A stretch of DNA of 64,000 nucleotides from a bacterium (lineage in GTDB: Bacteria; Planctomycetota; JAFGQW01). The position numbers and the translations under genes are program-made. Shown here in pieces: positions 8,864 through 18,551 of the stretch (positions within the stretch are counted from its first letter, which is position 1; each line of letters starts with the position of its first letter). The stretch spans positions 665,488-729,487 of the forward strand of contig JAUHXU010000003.1 of the NCBI GenBank assembly GCA_030426805.1. The letters are read 5' to 3'. Under the pieces are notes generated by a model. It ran no database searches. It had not been told where the DNA came from and was given only the letters and a program-made list of their open reading frames with translations.

Positions 8864-10273
8864 GTGTCGGCCATGCTCGATCGATCCCACCGCGTGGCCA
8901 TCGCCGCCGCGCTCCTGACGCTCGCCGGCTGCGCGGCTTCGGGCCCGGGTTTCCGCGCCGACGAGACGCCGGCACTCGCGCCCGCGCGCACGACGCCGGC
9001 CGCGCCAGCCGCGGTCACACCGCGGAAGCGATCCGACGAGCCTGCGCGGCTGCACGACTCCGACGGTCGCCTCTCGCTCGCGGGCGCCCTGCGCACCGCA
9101 CTGGAGACGAGCCCGCGCATCCGCGCCGCGCGCGAAGCCGCCGGCGCAGCGGCAGCCCGCGAAGGACACGTCGCCGCATTGCCGGATCCGATGGTGCGCC
9201 TCGGCTGGTACGCCGAACCGATCGAGACCCGAACCGGCCCACAACGCTGGTCGCTCGCCGTGCAACAGGCGATCCCGTGGCCGGGCGCGCTCACGGCCAC
9301 CGCGCGGGTCGCCGAGGCGGGCCGCCGTGTCGCAGAGACGCGGGCAGCGATCACGACGCGCGACGTGCTCGTCGACGTCGCGCGCACCTACCACGAACTC
9401 GACTACCTGCACCGTGCCCGTCAGACGACGACGGCGATCACGCGCGCCCTCGAACGGCTGGTCGCATTCGCCGCGCGAGGTGACGACGACGGACAGGCAC
9501 GCATCCCCGAGACGGTCCGCGCCGAGACGTGGCTCGTGCGCACACGCAACGACGCGCTGATGCTCGAGGAACTCGAACGCACCGAACGCGCACGACTCCG
9601 CTCCCTGCTCGGCCTCTCCCCCGACGCGTCGATCGGCACGCCTCGCGGCATCATCGCGATACCGTTGAATGCATCGGTCGACGCTCTGGCTGCACGCGCG
9701 GAGCAGGGCAACCACGATCTCGCGCTCGCCGCGCTCGAGGCCGAACACGCCGAGCGCGACGCCGAGCGCCTCGCGACGCGCAGCTATCCCCAACTCGCGA
9801 TCGGCGGCCGCTACATCGCGACCGAACGGCGCGACGACGCGGACCCGCGCGGCAACGGGGACGACCCGCTGTTCCTCGAACTCGGGGTGTCGATCCCGAT
9901 CTGGCTCGGCGCGAACGGCGCGGCACACCGCGAGGGCGCGAGTCGTGCGCGCGCCGCCGCGCACGCGCACGACGCGATGCGTCACCGGCTGCGTGCCGAC
10001 ATCGCGCGGGCCTACTGGCGCGCCGCGAACGCCGAACGGTTGTGGCACCTGCATCGCGACGCGTTCGTCCCGCAGGCGCAGCGCGCGGCTGCATCCGCGG
10101 AAGCGCTGTTCGACGAGGGCCACGCGTCGTTCACGGCCGTCGTCGAGACACTCGCCGCGTGGCACCAACTCGAACTCGCGATGCACCGCGCCCGCGCCGA
10201 CTACTTGCAGACGATCGCCGCGATCGAACGCCTCGTCGGCGCGCCGCTCGCTCGCACCGGAGACGACCGATGA
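8864..10273 (+). CDS. TolC-like outer membrane efflux protein (OMF lipoprotein, CusC/CzcC-like), copy 1
   Basis: Signal peptide plus lipobox (LLTLAGCAAS). An alpha-helical, Ala/Arg-rich TolC-like repeat structure, about 470 aa. GTG start at 8864 (ATG at 8873 is an alternative). Confidence 0.75.
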   Translation: MSAMLDRSHRVAIAAALLTLAGCAASGPGFRADETPALAPARTTPAAPAAVTPRKRSDEPARLHDSDGRLSLAGALRTALETSPRIRAAREAAGAAAAREGHVAALPDPMVRLGWYAEPIETRTGPQRWSLAVQQAIPWPGALTATARVAEAGRRVAETRAAITTRDVLVDVARTYHELDYLHRARQTTTAITRALERLVAFAARGDDDGQARIPETVRAETWLVRTRNDALMLEELERTERARLRSLLGLSPDASIGTPRGIIAIPLNASVDALAARAEQGNHDLALAALEAEHAERDAERLATRSYPQLAIGGRYIATERRDDADPRGNGDDPLFLELGVSIPIWLGANGAAHREGASRARAAAHAHDAMRHRLRADIARAYWRAANAERLWHLHRDAFVPQAQRAAASAEALFDEGHASFTAVVETLAAWHQLELAMHRARADYLQTIAAIERLVGAPLARTGDDR

Positions 10274-11781
10274 TCCGCGCAGCACTCGCGCTCGTCGTCG
10301 TGGTCGTCGCCGGTTGCGCCCACCCCGCGCCGGCGCCGACGACGACGCCGTTCGCGCGCGACTTCATCGATGCGGCAGACGCGGCAGACGCGGCGGCCGC
10401 CGAAGAGCCGGCGAGCGCACCCGTCCCGTCGGCCGAGCCCGCCGAGCGACCGGCGGTCCGCGGCCGCGACGACGAACTCGCCGCGACCCTCGGCGGCTCC
10501 GCGCCGCCGATCGACCTGACCGACGACGACCGCTTCGCGTCGTGGCTCGCTGAACCGCGCACAGCCGACGCGCTGATGCGCGCCGCCTGGTTGCGCCATC
10601 CGGCCGTCGCCGCTGCACGCGCGAAGCACCGCGCCGTCGCCCATCGCTACGACCAAGCGCACTACCTCGCCGACACCGTCGGCCGCTACCGCACGTTCAC
10701 CCGCACCCAGATGCAGCGGATCGGTCCGTCCGGCGCCGCGGGCACGCGCGCCGCCGAGTCGATGCTCGTCCCGGCGCCCTCGATCGCGACGCTGCGTGAA
10801 CGCCTCGCGACGCTCGCGACCGACGACGCCTGGCAACGACTGCGCAAGACGATCGTCGACCGGGCGGCGGACGTTCTGGACGCGACCGCGGCACTGCGAC
10901 TCGCCGCGAACCTCGAGCGGATCGCGACCGCGCATGCGGCGCTCCTCGGCGACCTCGAACCGGTCGTGCAGCGACGCGTGTCCGCGGGGCACGGCAGCCG
11001 CGCCGACGTGCTGCGCATCCGCGCCGCAATCGCCGACCTCGAACGCGAGGCGACGGTCCGCGCCGCGGAGCGGACGCACGCGACGACGTGGCTGCGCACG
11101 GCACTCGCTTGCGACGGCACGCCCGAGGTCCGACTCGCGTCCGCGCCGCGCTGGGCGGCGCCGCCGGCAGCCGCCGACCTCGAGCGCGTCGCGCGCACCG
11201 ACGCACCGGCAAGTCGAATCGCGGCGATCGCCGAGGCGCGGGCCGATGCGGCGATCGCGCTCGCCGAACGCATGACGATCCCGCAGGTCGACCTCGGCTC
11301 GACACGCGTGGAGCGCGGGATGACCGGCGACGCCGGCGACGCGCGCACGCCGATGTTGACGCCGACACGGCCCCGCGTCGACGTCGGCCCGATCGGCTTC
11401 GCGCCGACGACCGCGATGCTCGACGAGTTGCGCGAGCGACGCGCGGCGGCGCGCGAACACGTGCGGAGCGTCGCGCGCGACACGACGACGGCGGCGTCCG
11501 CCGCGCGCACGCGCGTGATCGACGCCGATGCACGCTTCGCGGTCCACGAATCGCGGCTCGTCCCGCTGAGCCGCCAGGCATACGACACGCTGCTCGGCGC
11601 CTATGCGGGCCGTCGCGCCGCGTTCGTCGACGTGATTCGCGCCGCCGAGGAGCGGCTGCGCGTCGACCGCGGCCTCGCGCAAGCACAGCACGACGCGACC
11701 CGCGCGCGCGCGACGCTCCTCCGAGCGACCGGCGATGCGCGCACGATCCCCTTCGCACCCACCGCCGGAGACGACCGATGA
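10270..11781 (+). CDS. TolC-like outer membrane efflux protein (OMF lipoprotein), copy 2
   Basis: The ATG overlaps the upstream stop (ATGA). Lipobox VVAGCAHP. It ends in ...TGDDR, as copy 1 does, and has similar composition, which suggests a tandem paralog. Confidence 0.7.
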   Translation: MIRAALALVVVVVAGCAHPAPAPTTTPFARDFIDAADAADAAAAEEPASAPVPSAEPAERPAVRGRDDELAATLGGSAPPIDLTDDDRFASWLAEPRTADALMRAAWLRHPAVAAARAKHRAVAHRYDQAHYLADTVGRYRTFTRTQMQRIGPSGAAGTRAAESMLVPAPSIATLRERLATLATDDAWQRLRKTIVDRAADVLDATAALRLAANLERIATAHAALLGDLEPVVQRRVSAGHGSRADVLRIRAAIADLEREATVRAAERTHATTWLRTALACDGTPEVRLASAPRWAAPPAAADLERVARTDAPASRIAAIAEARADAAIALAERMTIPQVDLGSTRVERGMTGDAGDARTPMLTPTRPRVDVGPIGFAPTTAMLDELRERRAAAREHVRSVARDTTTAASAARTRVIDADARFAVHESRLVPLSRQAYDTLLGAYAGRRAAFVDVIRAAEERLRVDRGLAQAQHDATRARATLLRATGDARTIPFAPTAGDDR

Positions 11782-12467
11782 AGACACTCGTCGTGCCCGT
11801 AGTCGCCGCGATCGTCGCTGGCGTCGCGATCGCGATCCTGATTCGCGCGGGCGGATCCCCGCCGCGACCGACACCCGCCCCGGCGTCCCACGCGCATGCC
11901 GGCCACGCGATGCCGGACAAGCCGAAGAAAGCCGACGCGCACGCGGGACACGCGAAGCCCGCTACACCGACCGACCCGAAACCGGCGGACCCGGCACCGT
12001 CTCCGCCCGACACGCTGCTCGCCCGCCTCGTCGACGCCGGCTACCGGGACGCCGGCAACGAGACGTGCCCGATCATGGGCAACGCGTCCGACGGCGACGA
12101 CCCGACCGTGATCGCCTACAACGGCTGGCTCGTTCGCTTCTGCTGTCCCGGCTGCGACACCCGATTCCTCGCGTCGCCGCGCGACCACCTGCGGGCACTC
12201 CGCGACGGCGGCGACACGATTCCCGACGCACTCCTCGCGGCGGACGCGCACCCCGCGGTCGTCCGCGCGAACAACACCGCGTGCCCGATCACCGGCGCAC
12301 CGGTCGACGACAAGAGCCCGACGATCGTGCACCGCGGAGTCGTCGTGCGGGTGCGCGACACCGACGCGCTCGTCGCGTTCGCGAAGGCGCCCGACCGTGC
12401 GCTCGCCGAGGCCGCAAAGACCGGGACCGTCCCCGCGGACCGCCTCCCCGGCGGAGGTGAACGATGA
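11778..12467 (+). CDS. Membrane-anchored periplasmic His-rich / Cys-motif putative metal-binding protein
   Basis: ATGA overlap with the upstream gene. An N-terminal TM segment is followed by the His-rich stretch HAHAGHAMPDKPKKADAHAGHAKP. Two repeats follow with CPI(M/T)G ... and FCCPGC Cys motifs. It sits inside the heavy-metal efflux operon. Confidence 0.6.
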   Translation: MKTLVVPVVAAIVAGVAIAILIRAGGSPPRPTPAPASHAHAGHAMPDKPKKADAHAGHAKPATPTDPKPADPAPSPPDTLLARLVDAGYRDAGNETCPIMGNASDGDDPTVIAYNGWLVRFCCPGCDTRFLASPRDHLRALRDGGDTIPDALLAADAHPAVVRANNTACPITGAPVDDKSPTIVHRGVVVRVRDTDALVAFAKAPDRALAEAAKTGTVPADRLPGGGER

Positions 12468-13858
12468 CCGGACTGCGACTCGGCTTGGTGCTTGGCGGAA
12501 TCGTGCTCGGGCTCGCGGTCGGGTTCGTGCTGCCGGACCGGTGGCTGTTCGACGGCGTGACCGCGGAATCGGCGCCATCGGGCGCCGGCACTCAGTACGC
12601 GTGCCCGATGTTCTGCGTCGTCGAGAAGACGCTTCCCCCCGACGGCAAGTGCTCGGTGTGCGGCATGGAACTCGCGGCGATCTCGTCGGCGCCGACGATC
12701 GACCGGCACGAGCGCGCGATGATCGGCCTCGAGCCGGCGCGAATCCGGGCGCTGCCGCTCGTGCGTGAGGTACGCCTCTTCGGCGAGGTCGACTACGACG
12801 ACACGCGCATCGTCGCCGTGTCGGCGCGCGCCGACGGCTGGCTCGAGCGGGTCGACGCCCGCGCGACGTGGACCGACGTGAACGAAGGCGACCCGTTGTT
12901 CGCGCTCTACAGCCCGGCGCTCTTCGAGGCGCAGCAGGAGTTCTTGAGCCTGCGCAACGCCGACGCGACGCTTCGCGACAGCGCGGTCGAACGACTCCGA
13001 CTGCTCGGCCTCGACCGCCGCGAGATCGACGCGATCGCCGACGCCGGCGCACCCCAGCGCACGCTCACCTACCGAGCGCCGCGCGCGGGCACGATCGTTC
13101 GGCGTCGCGCGGTCGAAGGTGCCGCGGTCAAACAGGGCCAGGAGATCTACGCGATCGCCGACCTCGATCGGGTGTGGCTCCAGATGGAGGCGTTCGAGAG
13201 CGACCTGCCGTTGCTCCGGCCCGGCGTCGAGGTGCGCATCACCGCCGATGTGCACCGCGCCGACGAACCGGTCGAACGCACCGGCCGCATCGCGTTCGTC
13301 GACCCGGTCGTCGATCCGCGTGCACGCACCGTCCGCGTGCGCGTCGAGATGGACAACCCCCGCACGGACGGTCGCTACGCACTGCTGCCGGGCCAGCGCG
13401 TCGTCGGCGTCGCGCGGTTGCCGCTCGGTGCCGACGAGCCGGACGGCGAACCGGTCCCGACGCTCGCGATCCCGCGCGACGCGATCCTGCGCACCGGGGA
13501 GCGCACGATCGTCTACGTCCTGCACGGGATGACCGACGAGGGCGCACCGGACTACGCGATCGACGCCGATGCACTCCCCGACACGCTCGGCTACGAACTC
13601 GTCGAGGTGGCGCTCGGTCCGCTCGCGCGGCGCGCGGACGCCGAGACCCGTGAGGACTACTATCCGCTCGTCCGCGTCGTGCCGCCGCCACCCGGCGAGG
13701 GCAACGACCTGCGGCTGCGCCGCCTGCGCGCCGGTCACGTGATCGCGCGCCACGGCGCGCTGCTGCTCGACTCGCAGGCACAACTCGCGGGCCGCCCGTC
13801 GCTCCGCTTCCCCACCGGTCGCGACGGCGCGCCCGCCGACCCGCACGCGAACCACTGA
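12464..13858 (+). CDS. Efflux RND periplasmic adaptor (membrane-fusion protein, CusB/CzcB-like) with an N-terminal heavy-metal-binding domain
   Basis: ATGA overlap. YACPMFCVVEKTLPPDGKCSVCGMEL is the YxCPMHP...CPxCGM heavy-metal-binding motif. The rest is HlyD-like beta-barrel and lipoyl-type adaptor sequence. Confidence 0.85.
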   Translation: MTGLRLGLVLGGIVLGLAVGFVLPDRWLFDGVTAESAPSGAGTQYACPMFCVVEKTLPPDGKCSVCGMELAAISSAPTIDRHERAMIGLEPARIRALPLVREVRLFGEVDYDDTRIVAVSARADGWLERVDARATWTDVNEGDPLFALYSPALFEAQQEFLSLRNADATLRDSAVERLRLLGLDRREIDAIADAGAPQRTLTYRAPRAGTIVRRRAVEGAAVKQGQEIYAIADLDRVWLQMEAFESDLPLLRPGVEVRITADVHRADEPVERTGRIAFVDPVVDPRARTVRVRVEMDNPRTDGRYALLPGQRVVGVARLPLGADEPDGEPVPTLAIPRDAILRTGERTIVYVLHGMTDEGAPDYAIDADALPDTLGYELVEVALGPLARRADAETREDYYPLVRVVPPPPGEGNDLRLRRLRAGHVIARHGALLLDSQAQLAGRPSLRFPTGRDGAPADPHANH

Positions 13859-13871
13859 TCGGGAGTCGTCC

Positions 13872-16800
13872 GTGCTCAACGCGATGATCCGCTTCTCCGT
13901 TCGCAACCCGGTGCTCGTGCTGGTGTTCACCGCCGCCGCGTTCGCATGGGGGTGGTCGGCGTGGACGAACAAGACCGTCGACGCGATCCCGGACATCAGC
14001 GAGAACCAGGTGATCGTCGACGCCGCGTGGCCCGGACGCTCACCGAAGGACGTCGAAGACCAGGTGACGTTCCCGCTGTCGACGCGACTCGCGGGCGTCA
14101 AGGGCGTCAAGGAAGTCCGCGGCCTCTCCGGCTTCGGGTTCAGTCGGATCTACGTCGTGTTCGACGAGCCGATCCGGCTCTTCGAGCGCTCGGCGATCGA
14201 CGACTTCTACGAGTCGCGCACGCGCGTGCTCGAGCACCTCGCGACGGTCGCGTCCGATCTGCCGCCGGACGTGACGCCGGAACTCGGCCCCGACGCGACC
14301 GCGCTCGGGCAGATCTTCATGTACACGGTCGACGGGCCGTACGACCTCGCCACGCTGCGCAGCGTCCAGGACTTCGTCGTGAAGTACGAGCTGCAAGCGG
14401 TGCCCGGCGTCGCCGAGGTCGCGAGCGTCGGCGGGCAGGTGCGCGAATACCAGATCGACGTCGACCCCGACAAGATGCGCCACTACCACGTCGGCATCGC
14501 CGAGATCGCGCAGGCGATCCGCCGGGCGAACCTCGACGTGGGCGCGAAGACCCTCGAACAGGGCGGCGAAGAGGCGATCCTCCACGGCCTCGGCTTCATC
14601 GATTCGATCCGCGACATCGAAGAAGTGCCGATCCTCACGCACCAGGCGATGACGCCGGATCGCGACGCGCGTGCGGGGTTGCGCACGCTCGTCGTGCCGC
14701 GAACCGACGGCGGGATCGTCGCCGGCGACCGCGGCGCGCCGGCGCACCGACCGGTGCTCGTGCGCGACGTCGCGACCGTGAAGATCGGGCCGGCGTTCCG
14801 GCGCGGCGCACTCGCGGACGGCGCCGGCGAGCGCACCGGCGGCATCGTCACGATGCGGCTCGGGGCGAACCCCCGCGACGTGATCGAGGGCGTGCGCGCG
14901 GCGATCCTCCGGATGAACGAACCGGCGAACTCGATCCTGCCGCCGGGGGTCCGGATCGTGCCGTTCTACGACCGCACGCAGCTGATCGACGAAACCGTCG
15001 AGACGCTCGAGACCGCACTCGGTCAGGAACTGTGGATCACGATGTTCGTCGTGCTCGTGTTCCTGCTGCACTTGCGATCGGCGCTCGTGATCTCGGTGAC
15101 GCTGCCACTCGCGGTGATCTCGAGCTTCGTGCTGATGGACCTCACCGGCGTCGCGTCGAACATCATGAGCCTGACCGGCATCGCGATCGCGATCGGCACG
15201 ATGGTCGACATGGGCGTCGTGATGACGGAGAACATCTACCAACGGTTGCAGGCCGACGGTGGCGCTCGACCGCGACGCGAGGTGATCGAGGAGGCCGCGT
15301 GCGAGGTCGGACCGGCGCTGCTGACCGCCGTCGCGACGACCGTGATCAGCTTCATCCCGATCCTGTTCCTGACGGATCAGGAAGGCAAGCTCTTCCGACC
15401 GCTCGCGTGGACGAAGACGTTCGCGCTCGGGATGGCGGCGATCGCCGGCGTCTTCGTCGTGCCGGTGCTGTGCCGACTGTTCCTGCGCGAGGGCGCCGCG
15501 GTCCGCGCGCCGGGACAGGGTCGCGCGCGACGAATGCTGACGGTCGCGGCCGTCGCTTCCCTGCTCGGATTCGTCGCCGCGCGGCTGGGGCTGCTCGGCC
15601 TCGAGCCGCTCGTCGCATTCGCGGTCGTCGCCGTGCTCGTCGCGACCGCGGTCGCGTGGATGATGCGCGAACGGCTCGTGCCGATCGACGACAACCCGGT
15701 CACGCGCGCGATCCACGGCGCCTATCGTCCGACGATGCGGTGGATCCTCGACCACAAGCTCACGTTCCTCTCGATACCGCTGCTGATGATCGTCGTCGGG
15801 CTCGTGGTCGCCATCGGCCTGCCGACTGCGCTGCGCCCGGTGCGCGCGATCGTCGGCGACGGCGTCGACCGACTGAAGCCGGTCGCGTGGCTGTCGGAGA
15901 AGTTCGGCGGCATCGGCCAGGAGTTCATGCCGCCGCTCGACGAGGGCAGCCTCCTCTACATGCCGTCGCTGCTGCCGCGCGCGTCGCTCGACGAGGCGCT
16001 CGCGGTGATGCAGCGGCAGAACGCGCAGATGGAACGCGTGCCCGAGGTCGCCAAGGTGATGGGCAAGCTCGGTCGCGCGGAGACCGCGCTCGACCCGGCG
16101 CCGGTCGGGATGTTCGAGACGATCGTCGTGTTGAAGCCGCGCTCGGAATGGCGGCCGGGCAAGCTCAAACGCGACATCGTCAACGAACTGATGCGTGTCG
16201 CGCACACGCCCGGCGCGGCCGCCGGTCCGGGTGCGTGGCTGCAGCCGATCGAGACGCGCGTCGTGATGCTCAGCTCCGACGTGCGCGCGCCGCTCGCGAT
16301 CCGGCTGATCGGCAGCCCGCGCGACGCGAGCGGCCGCACGCTCGACGCGAAGGAGGGAATCGTCGAACTCGAGCGCGTCGCCGCGAAGATCCGCGACGTC
16401 GTCGCGGCCGTCCCCGGCGCGGCCGGCCCCAACGTCGAGAACCTCGGCGGCAAGCCCTACATCGAGTTCGAGATCGATCGCGAGCGCGCGGCGCACTACG
16501 GCGTGTCGGTCGGCGACGTGCAGGACGTGATCGCGACCGCGATCGGCGGCATGGTCGTCGGGCAGACGCTCGAAGGGCGCGAACGCTACGGCATCCGTGT
16601 CGCGTACGAGCGTGAGCGCCGCGACCGACTCGAGTCACTCGACCGCGTGCTCGTTCGGACCGGCACGCGCGGTCACGTGCCGCTCTCGTACGTCGCGACC
16701 GCGAAGCAGACGACCGGGCCGGCGATGATCAAGACCGTCGACGGACGGCTGCGACTCCACGTGATGTTCGCGGCGCGCGACCGCGACGAGCGCTCGGTCG

Positions 16801-17501
16801 TGCTGGACGCGATGAGCCACATCCGCGACTGGCGCCAGGGCGAGATCGCCGCCGGACGGGTCGATCCGATCCCGGCCGGCGTGTCCGTCGAGCCGGCCGG
16901 CCGCTACGAATCGCAGAAGCGCGCGCGCGACCGCTTCATGGTGCTGATCCCGATCTGCTTCGCGCTGATCCTGCTGTTGCTCTACCTCAAGTTCAACGAC
17001 TGGCTGATGACGGTCAACGTACTGCTGGCGGTGCCGGTCTGCGTCGCCGGCGGCGTCGTGCTGATGGCTCTCTTCCCCGACCTGAAAGACGCGATGTTCG
17101 CGATCGGCCTCTGGGACCAGCCCAGCACCGGACCGGTCTACTTCACGGTGGCGGTCGTCGTCGGGTTCATCGCGCTCGCGGGCATCGCGACCGACGACGG
17201 CGTCGTGATCGGTGCGTTCCTCGAGCAGTCGTTCCGCGAGCGCAAGACCGACACGATCCGCGGCATCCGCGATGCGACGATCGAAGCCGGCCTCCGCCGC
17301 ATCCGCCCGTGCCTGATGACGACCGCGACGACGATCCTCGCGCTCTACCCGATCCTCGCGAGCACCGGCCGTGGCTCCGACGTCGCCCAGCCGATGGCGA
17401 TCCCGGCGGTCGGCGGCATGATCGCCGGACTCGTCTCGCTGTTCATCGTCCCCTGCGTCTACTGCTGGGTGCAGGAGGTGCGCCTGAAGCGGAGCGGCTG
17501 A
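13872..17501 (+). CDS. Heavy-metal efflux RND transporter, CusA/CzcA family (HME-RND), with extra internal insertions
   Basis: MIRFSVRNPVLVLV...; twelve-TM RND architecture; the LDEGSLLYMP motif is typical of CusA/CzcA. It is 1209 aa against a typical length of about 1045, because of an extra hydrophobic hairpin before TM7 and an extended periplasmic loop. GTG start at 13872 with a GGGAG RBS. Confidence 0.9.
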   Translation: MLNAMIRFSVRNPVLVLVFTAAAFAWGWSAWTNKTVDAIPDISENQVIVDAAWPGRSPKDVEDQVTFPLSTRLAGVKGVKEVRGLSGFGFSRIYVVFDEPIRLFERSAIDDFYESRTRVLEHLATVASDLPPDVTPELGPDATALGQIFMYTVDGPYDLATLRSVQDFVVKYELQAVPGVAEVASVGGQVREYQIDVDPDKMRHYHVGIAEIAQAIRRANLDVGAKTLEQGGEEAILHGLGFIDSIRDIEEVPILTHQAMTPDRDARAGLRTLVVPRTDGGIVAGDRGAPAHRPVLVRDVATVKIGPAFRRGALADGAGERTGGIVTMRLGANPRDVIEGVRAAILRMNEPANSILPPGVRIVPFYDRTQLIDETVETLETALGQELWITMFVVLVFLLHLRSALVISVTLPLAVISSFVLMDLTGVASNIMSLTGIAIAIGTMVDMGVVMTENIYQRLQADGGARPRREVIEEAACEVGPALLTAVATTVISFIPILFLTDQEGKLFRPLAWTKTFALGMAAIAGVFVVPVLCRLFLREGAAVRAPGQGRARRMLTVAAVASLLGFVAARLGLLGLEPLVAFAVVAVLVATAVAWMMRERLVPIDDNPVTRAIHGAYRPTMRWILDHKLTFLSIPLLMIVVGLVVAIGLPTALRPVRAIVGDGVDRLKPVAWLSEKFGGIGQEFMPPLDEGSLLYMPSLLPRASLDEALAVMQRQNAQMERVPEVAKVMGKLGRAETALDPAPVGMFETIVVLKPRSEWRPGKLKRDIVNELMRVAHTPGAAAGPGAWLQPIETRVVMLSSDVRAPLAIRLIGSPRDASGRTLDAKEGIVELERVAAKIRDVVAAVPGAAGPNVENLGGKPYIEFEIDRERAAHYGVSVGDVQDVIATAIGGMVVGQTLEGRERYGIRVAYERERRDRLESLDRVLVRTGTRGHVPLSYVATAKQTTGPAMIKTVDGRLRLHVMFAARDRDERSVVLDAMSHIRDWRQGEIAAGRVDPIPAGVSVEPAGRYESQKRARDRFMVLIPICFALILLLLYLKFNDWLMTVNVLLAVPVCVAGGVVLMALFPDLKDAMFAIGLWDQPSTGPVYFTVAVVVGFIALAGIATDDGVVIGAFLEQSFRERKTDTIRGIRDATIEAGLRRIRPCLMTTATTILALYPILASTGRGSDVAQPMAIPAVGGMIAGLVSLFIVPCVYCWVQEVRLKRSG

Positions 17502-17515
17502 TCCGGCCGATCAGC
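17497..17515. terminator. Bidirectional hairpin GCTGATC-cggcc-GATCAGC spanning the convergent stops of the RND and sulfotransferase genes
   Basis: 7-bp perfect stem with a 5-nt loop between convergent genes. No U-tract. Confidence 0.35.
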
Positions 17516-18323
17516 GCGCCGCGGCCGACGTCGCGGTGCCGTTGGCCGCGGGTGCGACCCGCGGGAAGACGACGTGGTCGCGCTTGACCCAGCGGTGCAG
17601 CAGGTAGCGGGCGCGGGCGCCGGCGATCTGGAGGCCGGAGTAGCGCTTCTCGCGCAGGTTGCCCCGGTAGGTGCGCTCGAGCGCGGCGACGTCGAGGTCG
17701 GTGCCGACGAACGCGGCGAGCTTCTCGACGGTCGCCTCGGGCTCGCAGATCAGGTCCTCGAACGTGATGCGGACGAACTTCGCGCCGGTGCGCTCGAAGA
17801 ATCGGTGGCAGCTGTCCCAGTAGTTGTCGAGGATGCGGACGTTCTCGGCGTAGCTCATCGGCACGCGACGGCTGAGCAGTTGCCCGGCGTAGGACTGCCC
17901 CGCCTCGCGCCCCATGTAGATGAAGCGCACCTGCGACCAGTCGACGATCTCGTTCCAGAAGTGGATCGTGTAGCAGAGGCGCGGGTCCTTCCAGACCCAC
18001 GGCTGGTGCTTGTCGCACTGCTCGGCGAACGCGCGAAACGGCGCGACGTCGATCCGTTCGGCGACCGCGCGCACCGCGTCGGGGTCGGGCGCCGGCAGGT
18101 CGGTGCAGATCGTGTTCGCGTAGCCCGACTCCTTCAGGATGCGGATGTCGAGGTCGACGAGGCCGGCGTTCTCGAACGTGTCGAAGTCGAGCTTGGCGTC
18201 CTCGCCGGGCTTGAAGATCTTCTTCGTGTCCCCGCCCACCCAGTAGCCGTGCTCGGCGAGAAAGCCGCTGAGCACCGAGCTGCCGCTCGAGCCGGGCGTC
18301 AGGATCACCAGGTTCGCTGCCAT
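17511..18323 (-). CDS. Sulfotransferase-family protein (Stf0-like)
   Basis: Start at the ATG for MAANLVILTPGSSGSSVLSG (P-loop-like PAPS 5'-phosphosulfate-binding motif). About 270 aa. It borders the polysaccharide locus. Confidence 0.55.
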   Translation of the reverse strand: MAANLVILTPGSSGSSVLSGFLAEHGYWVGGDTKKIFKPGEDAKLDFDTFENAGLVDLDIRILKESGYANTICTDLPAPDPDAVRAVAERIDVAPFRAFAEQCDKHQPWVWKDPRLCYTIHFWNEIVDWSQVRFIYMGREAGQSYAGQLLSRRVPMSYAENVRILDNYWDSCHRFFERTGAKFVRITFEDLICEPEATVEKLAAFVGTDLDVAALERTYRGNLREKRYSGLQIAGARARYLLHRWVKRDHVVFPRVAPAANGTATSAAAR

Positions 18324-18551
18324 CGTCGTTTCTCGTTCCCCATCGTGTGAACCGCTGCCGCACCCACCGGCCGCGCGAACGGTCACGCCCCGACGTCAAT
18401 CATCACGATCACGCGGTCGTCGTTCAAGTGCAGGAGTCGTGAATGGTGTGCAAAACGACGCTCCCGGAATTCTTTTCAGGGGCCGCCGGGGTTTCGGCTA
18501 AGGGAATGTCCTGCGGGCTGGGGAGCCCGGACCTCGACGACGGACGCGCAC

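Noticed and set aside
9529-10269. N-terminal 250 aa of the 750-aa ORF 9529-11781
   Set aside because: Only the part from the ATG at 10270 (lipoprotein signal peptide, ATGA coupling) is credible; the upstream extension overlaps OMF1 out of frame
12116-16615. Long antisense or out-of-frame ORFs across the MFP/RND genes (12116-14110, 13946-16615, 14040-16496)
   Set aside because: They overlap an unambiguous RND transporter; the translations are Arg/Asp-rich low complexity
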